A stretch of 62,581 nt of DNA, taken from Promethearchaeota archaeon (GTDB lineage Archaea > Asgardarchaeota > Hermodarchaeia > Hermodarchaeales > Hermodarchaeaceae). Shown piece by piece: positions 9,301 through 18,389 of this stretch. The stretch lies in NCBI GenBank assembly GCA_048939625.1, contig JBHLPH010000011.1:1-62581 (forward strand), read 5' to 3'. Position 1 is the stretch's first letter; every line of letters begins with the position of its first letter. Both the position numbers and the translations under genes were made by a program. The notes under the pieces were generated by a model. The model was given only the letters and a program-made list of their open reading frames with translations, ran no database searches and was not told the origin of the DNA.

Positions 9301-9675
9301 ATGTCAGCAACCGATCTCATTAGAGAAAGAATGGAGAAGGAAAAGGGAAAAGAAAAAAAACCCAAACCACGCGAAGCAAAACCAACAACCGAAACGAAGA
9401 GAATCGAGCTTGAAGAGCTCTCAACCAGAGTTGGCGACTCTGGGTTGAAACGATTGCGAATTGAAAGTGAATACGAAGGCAGACGAACAATAAGTGCAAG
9501 TGTACCTGCTTGGATTAAAGCGGCGTTAGATTTCGTCGCATTAGCTGCAACGAAATCAGGACAGGGTCAATATGCAGGTTTTGGCGGAAAATCCAGGTTT
9601 ATTGCTGAGGCTCTTGAGGAGAAACTAAAATCCGATTTTCCTGATGTGTACAAGCAATTACAGCGTGAAGGGTAA
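9301..9675 (+). CDS. Ribbon-helix-helix protein with a charged N-terminal tail
   Basis: RRTISASVP (strand), AWIKAALDFVA (helix A), KSRFIAEALEEKL (helix B); starts 11 nt after the ATPase stop, with SD GGTGA. Confidence 0.75.
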   Translation: MSATDLIRERMEKEKGKEKKPKPREAKPTTETKRIELEELSTRVGDSGLKRLRIESEYEGRRTISASVPAWIKAALDFVALAATKSGQGQYAGFGGKSRFIAEALEEKLKSDFPDVYKQLQREG

Positions 9676-9693
9676 AAGAAGAAATCTAATCAA

Positions 9694-9720
9694 GTAATTG
9701 AATTCATTGAAATTATTGAG
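9694..9720. repeat. 9-bp tandem array D
   Basis: gtaattgaa-ttcattgaa-attattgag. Confidence 0.75.
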
Positions 9721-9808
9721 ATTAGTGGTATTTACACGCCGTTACTCATTTTAGTGCCCGTTCTATTAATAGACTCCTTCTACTTCTCAGCATGGGTGGA
9801 ATGCGGAT

Positions 9809-10378
9809 ATGTCCTATGATGCAAGACGAGTTTGTGTAATTTCCTTTGATTTTAAACAAAAGAAAGGGAGAAGCCAAGCTCGAAAAACCCGTTTCTTTCG
9901 TGAATTATATGGTTACACTCAGCAAATCAAACAGCAATTGAAAGATGGTGAAGTTGCCGTACGAAACTATCACTATCCAGGAGTGTTGGATCAGATTCCG
10001 CATATTAAACTAGGGAGAAGCGTGTTGGCTGTAAATCCAGGAGACGAATATAAAATTATCAACCTGCTCCGTGATTTTGATGAAGTGTTGTTTTTTAATT
10101 TCATTAGTTGGCTCCCAGCTCATATGTGGTCAAAGAACGATAACCAATACACTAGGGCCAGTACTATGATCGCTAAATATGGGTTCCACTCAATTCTATT
10201 CCAGATTCAAGAATTAGGTGGTACTGCGCAATACACAGATCTTCTCGATGCTGGATATGATATGGAGTATATTCGGGAAGCCACTCACTATCTTACCACA
10301 AAAGAACTTCTTGTTAAGGATAATGACAACCTCGCTCTTACAATGAAGGCAAATCGAATTCTAAATTTGGTAGTCTAG
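9809..10378 (+). CDS. Hypothetical protein: Cas2/PaaX-like N-terminal domain plus C-terminal wHTH
   Basis: VCVISFD...FFRELYGY...KLGRSVLAV pattern; C-terminal YLTTKELL...LALTMKA. Confidence 0.5.
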   Translation: MSYDARRVCVISFDFKQKKGRSQARKTRFFRELYGYTQQIKQQLKDGEVAVRNYHYPGVLDQIPHIKLGRSVLAVNPGDEYKIINLLRDFDEVLFFNFISWLPAHMWSKNDNQYTRASTMIAKYGFHSILFQIQELGGTAQYTDLLDAGYDMEYIREATHYLTTKELLVKDNDNLALTMKANRILNLVV

Positions 10379-10394
10379 TATAAAAAATCACGAA

Positions 10395-10421
10395 TTCAAT
10401 ATGTTCATTGGGTTCATTGAA
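10395..10421. repeat. 9-bp tandem array E
   Basis: ttcaatatg-ttcattggg-ttcattgaa. Confidence 0.7.
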
Positions 10422-10426
10422 ACTAT

Positions 10427-10939
10427 TTACTCAGGCTTTAGCGCTGTTGGTTGGGCAAGGGCTTCAATGAGCTGCAGAATTCGATTCTGAGTTTGTTTAA
10501 GTGTGCTTAAATGAGTAGCAGTGGGTTTTTCTTTATTTGTAGCAACGAGGTCGTATTCGCGAGCATAACTTCGGATGTCCTCAGCAAGACTTTGATACCG
10601 CATCAAAGATGGGGTTTCGAATAGACCCAGGTAACCCAGTAGCACTAAAGTGAACACAGATTTGGTCACGTTACGTCTAGCTTGGGCTAGAGAACGATTG
10701 AAAGCTCCTCGAGTTACTCCACCACGTTTTCGTTTCGATCTTTTTTGGTCCCTTAGAGAAGCCTTCGTTTGGTAGTCAATCCGTTTTCCCCCGAATCCAT
10801 CTAAAAGATAGTCTAGTACTAAGGTTTCAAGTTGTACTCTGGACAGTTGACTATTTTCTGCCAGCATTTGAGTGATTGGGTCTTGAAGCATTCTACGCGC
10901 CCAGGAGCGCGTTTCCTCGATTTCGTTTTCTTGAGGCAA
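10427..10939 (-). CDS. Hypothetical archaeal HTH-like protein
   Basis: SQLSRVQLETL...VTRGAFNRSLAQARRNV helix-turn-helix-like pattern; SD GGAG upstream of TTG. Confidence 0.65.
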   Translation of the reverse strand: MPQENEIEETRSWARRMLQDPITQMLAENSQLSRVQLETLVLDYLLDGFGGKRIDYQTKASLRDQKRSKRKRGGVTRGAFNRSLAQARRNVTKSVFTLVLLGYLGLFETPSLMRYQSLAEDIRSYAREYDLVATNKEKPTATHLSTLKQTQNRILQLIEALAQPTALKPE

Positions 10940-11032
10940 ATCCTTATCTCCATGGATACAATTTTGTATACGTAGAAATTCAAGCTCTTATAAACTCGCT
11001 GATTAGAACTCTATTCGAAATATTTCTCTAGC

Positions 11033-11068
11033 TTGAATAAATTTAATGAATTCATTGAATTCAATGGT
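11033..11068. repeat. 9-bp tandem array F (4 units)
   Basis: ttgaataaa-tttaatgaa-ttcattgaa-ttcaatggt. Confidence 0.8.
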
Positions 11069-11091
11069 GTAACTAAGATAGTGAGCATTGA

Positions 11092-13077
11092 ATGAAGTTT
11101 TTATCCTTCAATAGCATTCACTTGGTGAGGATCTGGATAATGTGTTCAGACCAAGCTAACTCCTATTTTCCATATGCTGAACCTCGACCAGGTCAACTCT
11201 CACTGATTCATGCAATCAAAGAAGAAGTTTCGGTGGGGAATCATCTTTGTGTTGAAGCGGCTAACGGATTCGGAAAAACGATCGCCGCCTTATCAGGGGT
11301 CCTTCCACTCCTTGCTGATCGGACCTTTGGGATTATCTATGTTACTCGAACTCACAAGCAACTTGATCGGGTTATGCAAGAGCTTCGACAAATCTCAAAC
11401 TCTACTGGCCATAAAGGCATAGTACATCGAGGAAGGGCGGCTTCTTGTTTAAATCCTTTAGTTCGGAAATATGCTGCCAATGCCCAGGTTGCGATGTATA
11501 TGTGTAGCCAGCTTAAGCGGCTTGGACGGTGCAGCTTTTACAAGAATTTAGTAAATAAAACGAAAAAGAACGGAAACTTCCATAGAGATTTTATTTACAC
11601 ACCACTTACTGGCTTAGAATTTCGCTCTAAATGTCAAGCAGAGAAAGTGTGCCCCTATGAGCTCTCTAAGCGATTGCTACCACTAGTGAACGTCGTTGCT
11701 ACAACATATTTTCAGGTTTTTGATCCTAACATCCGTCAAATGTTCTTCGATGCCTTTGGACATCCAATATCTCAAACAATTCTTCTTCTCGACGAAGCTC
11801 ATAATTTACCTCGCATAGGTGTTGAACTAGCATCCGCAAAATTATCCATAAATTCCATTAACCGATCCCTAAAAGAAACCAAGAAATATAATCTCCCCAA
11901 GATTGGACGATTCTGTGTAATAATCGAAAATCTGATTCAACATTTACTTGAAACGAGAAAAGAAGACGAAATTCTACTGGAACAAAGCGAATTCACTCAG
12001 CAGATTTGTAAATTCCTGAAAATCTCTGACTTCAGTGTATTTGCCAAAAGTATGCAACAAACTGCTGACAAAATAATAAGTCAATTACTTGCACATGATG
12101 AACCTCCTGTAAGCTACATTCATTCCTTAGCTAGGTTCTTTGTCAACTGGAGTTACTTCTTAGATCGAACCGATGCCGCTTTTTTTCTTACAAGAAATGG
12201 ATTAAACAGCTCCTCAGTAAATCTCGAAATCATTGCACTGGACCCGCGAACATCGACAGCCTCAATATTGAACTCATGTCACGCTTCTGTACATTTATCA
12301 GGAACCCTAAAACCCGCAAAGGCTCATATTGACCTTGTAGGACTACCACATAATACAAGGATTCTCAATTTGCCTTCTCCATTTTCACAGGATCAAATGC
12401 TTACATTGATTAGTCTAGGAGTAACGACTGCAATGAAGTATAGAACTCCAAAAATGTATGAGAAAATATCTCATCGGATCCTTGAAGCCTGTCGGGCAAC
12501 TCCTCATAATGTTGGAATCTTTGTCCCTTCTTATTCTGTGTTAAATGCTCTTCTTGTTGCAGGCTTAGAAGAGCTACTTGATCGAGAACTATTCATTGAA
12601 AAACCAGGAATGTCCTCTAACGAAAACGATTCGCTAATAAAGAAATTTAAACAGAAGTCCGATGAAGGCGCGGGTCTTCTTGGTGTCCTAAGTGGTAGAA
12701 ATAGTGAAGGAGAAGACTATCCAGGTCATGAAATGGAAACAGTAGTAATTGTTGGCGTTCCCTATGCGCGACCTAGTCCGAGAGAAAGTGCACGTATCGA
12801 TTATTTTGAACGTCATTTTCCGAGAAAAGGACGATTATATGGTTATCAATTACCTGCAATGCGCAGTGCTTCTCAGGCCGCTGGAAGATCGATTCGACGG
12901 CTCGATGATAAAGGGGCAATAGTCTTTTTAGATGACCGCTATGCTACTAGATATTGTAATCGTTTACTTCCGAGTTGGATAAACGAAAACTTAAGGGGTT
13001 CGAAAGACGCTGATGAAGTACTCTACAACCACCTGAAGCTGTTCTATTCAACCAACAAATATAGCCAAACTTGTTAA
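11092..13077 (+). CDS. xpd: XPD/Rad3 family Fe-S DNA helicase; probable start ATG 11140
   Basis: FPY..PRPGQ Q-motif, ANGFGKT, Fe-S cysteines (CLNP...CSFY...CPYE), DEAHN, SGTL, SEGEDY, QAAGRSIR. Confidence 0.93.
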   Translation: MKFLSFNSIHLVRIWIMCSDQANSYFPYAEPRPGQLSLIHAIKEEVSVGNHLCVEAANGFGKTIAALSGVLPLLADRTFGIIYVTRTHKQLDRVMQELRQISNSTGHKGIVHRGRAASCLNPLVRKYAANAQVAMYMCSQLKRLGRCSFYKNLVNKTKKNGNFHRDFIYTPLTGLEFRSKCQAEKVCPYELSKRLLPLVNVVATTYFQVFDPNIRQMFFDAFGHPISQTILLLDEAHNLPRIGVELASAKLSINSINRSLKETKKYNLPKIGRFCVIIENLIQHLLETRKEDEILLEQSEFTQQICKFLKISDFSVFAKSMQQTADKIISQLLAHDEPPVSYIHSLARFFVNWSYFLDRTDAAFFLTRNGLNSSSVNLEIIALDPRTSTASILNSCHASVHLSGTLKPAKAHIDLVGLPHNTRILNLPSPFSQDQMLTLISLGVTTAMKYRTPKMYEKISHRILEACRATPHNVGIFVPSYSVLNALLVAGLEELLDRELFIEKPGMSSNENDSLIKKFKQKSDEGAGLLGVLSGRNSEGEDYPGHEMETVVIVGVPYARPSPRESARIDYFERHFPRKGRLYGYQLPAMRSASQAAGRSIRRLDDKGAIVFLDDRYATRYCNRLLPSWINENLRGSKDADEVLYNHLKLFYSTNKYSQTC

Positions 13078-13078
13078 A

Positions 13079-13105
13079 AATAATAAATTCAATGAATTCA
13101 TTAAT
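13079..13105. repeat. 9-bp tandem array G
   Basis: aataataaa-ttcaatgaa-ttcattaat. Confidence 0.7.
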
Positions 13106-13803
13106 TGCATGGTGTTTCTATCTTGCTAACAAGAGAACTCATCTCATCAGGAATCCAATCAATTGATGAAGCATTAGGTGGTGGGCTAGGTACTGGTGAG
13201 ATTTTCCATATCTTCGGACCAGGTGGAGTTGGGAAAACAACACTTGCACTACAATTTGCATTGAATGTAGTAAGAAATGGGAATCGAGTTTTCTATGTTA
13301 ACCTCGAAGGGCAATTTCCATTAGTACGCCTAAAGCAGATGACTAACACACTGTTCGACAAAATTACACCGTTAATCACAGTCGTGGCTCCTGACAATTT
13401 CAAAGGGCAATCAGCATTAATATCCAATCTTCACTCCATTTTATCCTCTGATGTTAAGTTAATTATTTTTGATACAATAGTCTCCCATTATCGAAAGGAA
13501 CATGGCCCTAACACTGATAATGTTATGTTAAATCGAAAATTGAATCAACAGCTAGCTTTTATTGCCCATGCAGCACGGTCAATAGGATTTTCAGTAATTT
13601 TGGTCAATCAAGTTCGTGGTGACTTAAATAGCGGTGATCATTTTCTTCCTGTTGCTGAATCAGTTCTCTCTTATTGGAGTACATACAATTTACAAATTAC
13701 TAGGACTGAATCCAAAGGCTACAGAGAATTTAAGTTGAAAAGGGAGGAAGATAGTGAACCAATCATTTTAGTATTGAGTCTAAATTCCTCAGGATTCCGA
13801 TAA
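13105..13803 (+). CDS. radB: RadB-like RecA-family ATPase
   Basis: ISSGIQSIDEALGGG, GPGGVGKTT, IIFD, VILVNQV; lacks the RadA N-terminal domain. Confidence 0.8.
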   Translation: MHGVSILLTRELISSGIQSIDEALGGGLGTGEIFHIFGPGGVGKTTLALQFALNVVRNGNRVFYVNLEGQFPLVRLKQMTNTLFDKITPLITVVAPDNFKGQSALISNLHSILSSDVKLIIFDTIVSHYRKEHGPNTDNVMLNRKLNQQLAFIAHAARSIGFSVILVNQVRGDLNSGDHFLPVAESVLSYWSTYNLQITRTESKGYREFKLKREEDSEPIILVLSLNSSGFR

Positions 13804-13813
13804 CCCAAACAAG

Positions 13814-14389
13814 ATGACCCTTATGTTTCACCCGATTCTATTATTACTGGGCTTTTGGTATGTTCTTCCCGCTTATGTAGCCAATGGATTCGCAGTGTTT
13901 GGTAAATTCGTTAAGTATCGACATCCAATCGATGGCGGACGTTCTCTAGGCGACGGTGAACCTGTTTTCGGTCCAGGAAAAACTTGGGAAGGTTTCCTTA
14001 TTGGTTTTATTTCTGGTGTACTCATCGGGCTTCTCCAAGTAATAGCAGGACCCTATCTCCTAGCTCTAATTATCCAGTACCTGATTATCCCACCCGAGTT
14101 TGTACCTGTTGTTCTCGTCACACCTCTTTTGGTAACACTAGTTGCTCTAGGAGCTCTTCTTGGTGATCTTGTTGGGTCGTTTATCAAAAGACGCTTGAAA
14201 ATTGAACGCGGTCGCCCAGCACCGTTGCTTGATCAACTCGATTTTCTCATTATGGCAATGCTTCTAGGTTCCTTGGTAACAGTTATCCCGCTTATTCTCG
14301 CCATATTCTTACTAATCGTTACTCCGATAATTCACCTTCTGGCAAATATCATCGGTTACCTACTTCATCTAAAACGAGAACCATGGTAA
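13814..14389 (+). CDS. carS: CDP-archaeol synthase
   Basis: PAYVANG, PIDGG, GKTWEG, GDLVGSFIKRR, LDQLDF; terminal KREPW. Confidence 0.95.
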   Translation: MTLMFHPILLLLGFWYVLPAYVANGFAVFGKFVKYRHPIDGGRSLGDGEPVFGPGKTWEGFLIGFISGVLIGLLQVIAGPYLLALIIQYLIIPPEFVPVVLVTPLLVTLVALGALLGDLVGSFIKRRLKIERGRPAPLLDQLDFLIMAMLLGSLVTVIPLILAIFLLIVTPIIHLLANIIGYLLHLKREPW

Positions 14390-14425
14390 TGTTGAATTCA
14401 CAGGAATAGCTTTTGGAACTAGGTG

Positions 14426-14860
14426 TTATCCAAATTGTGTTGCAAGTATTAGTTTTTGCTCAATTAGCCATTGACATGCGAAGAACGAGATTAAGACAAG
14501 TACTAATCCAATAGCAAGCATCATTTGCGAATACCGTGGTCGATAGATGTTCCTCGTGCTCTGGTACATTACATAGAAACCTACGAATCCCACGAAATAG
14601 AGAGCACCACCTACTATTCCCTCAATTAGGAGCTGCCGGTGAATTCCAGGATATAGGGTAAGGATGATTTCACCGGTGTCTATCACTGGTTGGGTCTCAT
14701 AGGAGAGTACAAACATTCCTCCACTAACCACAAAGTAATACACTACTAAGATGATCCCAAATAGTATCCACTTCGAGGGCAAATGCAACTCTCCGAATTG
14801 AGGTCTCCGAAGTTTCAGCCGTGGTTTTCGAATGAATTTAGGCCACCAAAGGTCTGACAT
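14426..14860 (-). CDS. OSTC/DC2-like (OST3/OST6 family) oligosaccharyltransferase subunit
   Basis: PRLKLRRP...HLPS, YYFVVSGG, QLLIEG and GFVGF parallel eukaryotic OSTC; three TM segments. Confidence 0.8.
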   Translation of the reverse strand: MSDLWWPKFIRKPRLKLRRPQFGELHLPSKWILFGIILVVYYFVVSGGMFVLSYETQPVIDTGEIILTLYPGIHRQLLIEGIVGGALYFVGFVGFYVMYQSTRNIYRPRYSQMMLAIGLVLVLISFFACQWLIEQKLILATQFG

Positions 14861-14970
14861 CTATTCACCAAACATACACTAGTGGACCTGAATTAGACCA
14901 TACGAACGCTATATATTCTTTACTCTCGTATCCCCTCATTTAGCTAACTTGGTGAGAAAGGGATTCAAGT

Positions 14971-15507
14971 ATGGGTCAATCCAAACCAACCTCTGGAATG
15001 CGCGCAACCCTACTATTTCTCCTTTACCCACTTGTTGGGGAACTGCTTTTCATTGACACAGTAATCAAAGATGTATACACGCGTCGGCGCATCCGAGCAG
15101 TGTTTACTCTCATGGGGCTGGCAACTGTTGCAATCAGTTTTGCAGCCTCAGAACTTATCCTTTATATCGCTGATATCTCTTTTTCCCATCCGATTCTAAC
15201 CATTCCTGTGCGATATATAATAGCTGGGAGTATGGGGCTACTGTTTCTTGTTATGTTTCTCGATGAAGGTCGGAGAGGACGAATTTCTTTGAAGGAGCAA
15301 ATTGATGTTCCCGAAGATCGTATCTCCTTGCTTATTGATGACTCACGTGACATCTTCATAACCCTAAATCGTATTTTGAACGCAGCCCAGCTTCGAAGGC
15401 ATAATTGCCCTCAATGTGAAAACTCTCGCCTCGCTAGCTATGCATTAACTGTACTAGGTGAATATCTCCAGGCCCGTGTCTTTACTGATACCAGTGATGA
15501 AACCTAG
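14971..15507 (+). CDS. Hypothetical membrane protein with a C-terminal CxxC
   Basis: Two to three hydrophobic segments; HNCPQC. Confidence 0.6.
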   Translation: MGQSKPTSGMRATLLFLLYPLVGELLFIDTVIKDVYTRRRIRAVFTLMGLATVAISFAASELILYIADISFSHPILTIPVRYIIAGSMGLLFLVMFLDEGRRGRISLKEQIDVPEDRISLLIDDSRDIFITLNRILNAAQLRRHNCPQCENSRLASYALTVLGEYLQARVFTDTSDET

Positions 15508-15627
15508 ATTACCTTCCACCAGTTCTTCGAATTTGCTTCTAGAGGTCAAGTTCACTTATCTTCAACTCTGTGTACTCTTTTATTACACCCGTTCACAGTT
15601 CAAAACACAGCGAACGGAGAACAAAGG

Positions 15628-16839
15628 ATGGAGATTATTCGCCATGAATTGCAACGCCCATCTGTATTTATTGATGAGGCGAAGCTTTCTGTCGACTATG
15701 TTCCTAACAACCTTCCTCATCGTGAGGACCATCTCCGTAAACTAACTCAGTTATTCCGTGGGGTGATTGAAACTCCTGGAAGGGTATCACAGAAAGTACT
15801 AATCGTGGGTGATACCGGGTCTGGAAAAACCTCCGTCACTAAGCTCTTTGGAAAACTGTTAGTTGAGATTGCACAGAGCCACGGATTCAATCTAGTCTAT
15901 GTACACGTTAATGCACGTCGTGAACGAACGGAATATATGATCTTGAACAAGATTCTCTCAGCGTTTCAAGCTGGTATTCCACTTCGAGGGTTATCAACAC
16001 AGGAACTTCTTTCAATCATTCTGGAATATATCGAATCGAAAGATCTCTACTTACTGATAACACTAGACGAACTCGGAGTTTTTCTTAAACGGCGTGGGGA
16101 AGAACTGCTCTATCTTCTATCACGCACGGTTGATGATCAACTCAATGCTCAACAGCGCATATCTCTAATTGGTATAAGTCGAAACCCATTGTTTGGTTAC
16201 ATTCTTGATCCCAGTACTTGGAGCACTCTTCAGAAGAACATGCTACGATTCAATCGTTATAACTCCCACCAGCTTCGAGACATACTGGATTTTCGTGTGA
16301 AGGAAGCTGTTTTGGACGGAGCCGTTCCTCCTAGTACAATCGATTTAATAGCTGACATAGCAGGTGCCTCTGGAGATGCGCGATACGCTTTAGAAGTGCT
16401 GTACAATGCGGGAAAGATAGCTGATGAAAAAGGGGTCTTACGTATATTACCTGAGTACGTTCGAAGTGCGAAGGCATTCATTACGCCTGAGATACGGCGA
16501 GAAGTACTTGTCGATTTATCGATGCATAGGCTTATCCTTCTACTCGCCGTGTGCAGACTACTCAAGACCTCCGAGGACGCTTATCTCACCACTGGTGAAC
16601 TGGAGGTCCGGTATGGACTAGTCTGCGAAGAATACTCGCAACATCCTCGCGCTCATACTCAGTTATGGGCGTACATTCAAGACCTTGTAGGCTTAGGAAT
16701 CCTCTCTACGAAGATCTCAAGCGGTGGACAACGCGGAAAAACTACTCTAATTAGCTTACCTGATATTCCTGCATCCGTTCTAGAAACTGAACTCGAATTA
16801 CTCCTCGAAAAAAGGAAAGGTAATGGAAAAGATGACTAA
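15628..16839 (+). CDS. cdc6: Second Orc1/Cdc6 paralogue
   Basis: YVPNNLPHRE, GDTGSGKT, LDE, GDARYALE, C-terminal GQRGKTTLI. Confidence 0.95.
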   Translation: MEIIRHELQRPSVFIDEAKLSVDYVPNNLPHREDHLRKLTQLFRGVIETPGRVSQKVLIVGDTGSGKTSVTKLFGKLLVEIAQSHGFNLVYVHVNARRERTEYMILNKILSAFQAGIPLRGLSTQELLSIILEYIESKDLYLLITLDELGVFLKRRGEELLYLLSRTVDDQLNAQQRISLIGISRNPLFGYILDPSTWSTLQKNMLRFNRYNSHQLRDILDFRVKEAVLDGAVPPSTIDLIADIAGASGDARYALEVLYNAGKIADEKGVLRILPEYVRSAKAFITPEIRREVLVDLSMHRLILLLAVCRLLKTSEDAYLTTGELEVRYGLVCEEYSQHPRAHTQLWAYIQDLVGLGILSTKISSGGQRGKTTLISLPDIPASVLETELELLLEKRKGNGKDD

Positions 16840-17152
16840 GAAACCTCGAACCACAATCCTTGAGCAGGTTCCCGATGATCACTCAATCCCCATAGAGCTT
16901 CTCTTCTCTTCACGTGGACGAATTAAGATTATCCGTCTATTGGCTGAGTGCGGAGAGTTGAACATCTCTGAGATTGCGAGGAGAACAAAGCTGAATCACA
17001 GTACAACACGAAGGCACCTTTATCTTCTAGAACGAGCAAAGCTGGTTCAGGAAAAGACTTTCGGGCGCATTAGGATATATCGCTACAAAATTGAGAACCT
17101 TCGAGCACTAGCCCTTCGGCGATTTATCGAACTTTGGGAGAAGGCTGAATAA
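16823..17152 (+). CDS. ArsR-family wHTH regulator
   Basis: LFSSRGRIKI...ELNISEIARRTKLNHSTTRRHL...FGRIRIY; overlaps the cdc6 stop. Confidence 0.88.
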   Translation: MEKMTKKPRTTILEQVPDDHSIPIELLFSSRGRIKIIRLLAECGELNISEIARRTKLNHSTTRRHLYLLERAKLVQEKTFGRIRIYRYKIENLRALALRRFIELWEKAE

Positions 17153-17159
17153 ACTATCA

Positions 17160-18389
17160 TTAGTCTTTCATAAGAAATTGTATTAGCTCGTTTGGTAGCT
17201 CGAGTTCTCTCTGGATTTCCTCTCGCATTTCAGGTTTTTTGATTAGGACTTTAAGTAGAATCTTATATTCATCATATGCTTTTCTAGAAGAAAGATGAAC
17301 AATTGGGGAAAGGGTCTGACCTATCAGGGATCTCTTTTGGCGTACACCGCGGGAAAAGCCCATTTGACGAATCCATTCAGGGTAATGAAACTCAGGTCGT
17401 TTTTCAGATGGTGTTCCACCGACAAGTGACCCGGATATGCTCATAAGTTGTTTGGAGTAGGGAAGTAATCGCCAGTTCTGTGTGAGAGTTATTCGCCGAT
17501 TGAAGATGCTGGCTCTTGATAGATATTCCCATGCTTTTTCTTGCTGATCTAAATCAGGATAGACTAATGGAATGTTATTACTAATCCATCGTATTAACTC
17601 ATCAGGGTATGCATCTGTCTGGTTCGCTGCGGAAATTGCCTCGCTCCAGCTGTCGGCGTAAAAAATTCTTTCAAGAGCTTTCGTTATATCAATGGTTAAA
17701 TCCCTGGATTTGATGAAATCCCTCACCCTTTTGCAAGTAATCTTTTTTCCGGTTTCTCCTAGATTTTGTAAGTCATTGATTGCAGCTCTAAGATCTGCAC
17801 GTGAGTTAGATGCAAGCATCTCTAAGGCTGATTCTTCAAATGTGAGTGATTCCTCGGTGCAAATAGCTTTGAGTTTATCTACAATCTCTACCTCTGTGAT
17901 TGGTTCAAACTCAACTACAGTACATATCTTACGCAAAGGTCGAATTTTTGGATCAGTAATATCATTGGTGATTAGAATGATTGGAACTTTCGCTAACGCT
18001 AGTTGAGCATTTATTGCTGACGCTGCTCCTCTATCCGATTTCCCACTTAATCCTTCGAGCTCATCAATTAGTACAACTCGCCCTCGTTTCATGGTAAGAG
18101 TTCCAGTTTTTGTTGAGAGTTTTAATAGGTCGGTTATTGCCTTCTTGCTTCTTTTGACACTGGCATTAATTTCATACACTTCATAATCGAATTCAGTTGC
18201 GATTGTGTATACGGCTAACGTTTTGCCAACGCCTGAAGGACCAAATAAGATGAGACCACGGTGATTACGAATAATACTTTTAGGCCAATCTTTCAGCCAT
18301 GCTGCAATTCTGCTAATAGCTGCCTTATTTCCCACAAGACTGCTAATTTTTTTAGGTTTATATTTTAATGTCCATGGTTGGCCTTTCAT
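17160..18389 (-). CDS. rfcL: Replication factor C large subunit
   Basis: PWTLKYKP, GPSGVGKT, EINAS, IDE, DLRAAINDLQ. Confidence 0.93.
   Translation of the reverse strand: MKGQPWTLKYKPKKISSLVGNKAAISRIAAWLKDWPKSIIRNHRGLILFGPSGVGKTLAVYTIATEFDYEVYEINASVKRSKKAITDLLKLSTKTGTLTMKRGRVVLIDELEGLSGKSDRGAASAINAQLALAKVPIILITNDITDPKIRPLRKICTVVEFEPITEVEIVDKLKAICTEESLTFEESALEMLASNSRADLRAAINDLQNLGETGKKITCKRVRDFIKSRDLTIDITKALERIFYADSWSEAISAANQTDAYPDELIRWISNNIPLVYPDLDQQEKAWEYLSRASIFNRRITLTQNWRLLPYSKQLMSISGSLVGGTPSEKRPEFHYPEWIRQMGFSRGVRQKRSLIGQTLSPIVHLSSRKAYDEYKILLKVLIKKPEMREEIQRELELPNELIQFLMKD

Noticed and set aside
9809-10378. CRISPR-Cas locus suggested by the Cas2-like domain
   Set aside because: No repeat-spacer array and no cas1 or other cas genes in the window.
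14385-14405. Possible eighth 9-mer array (aatgttgaa-ttcacagga)
   Set aside because: Only the TTGAATTCA junction matches; too degenerate.
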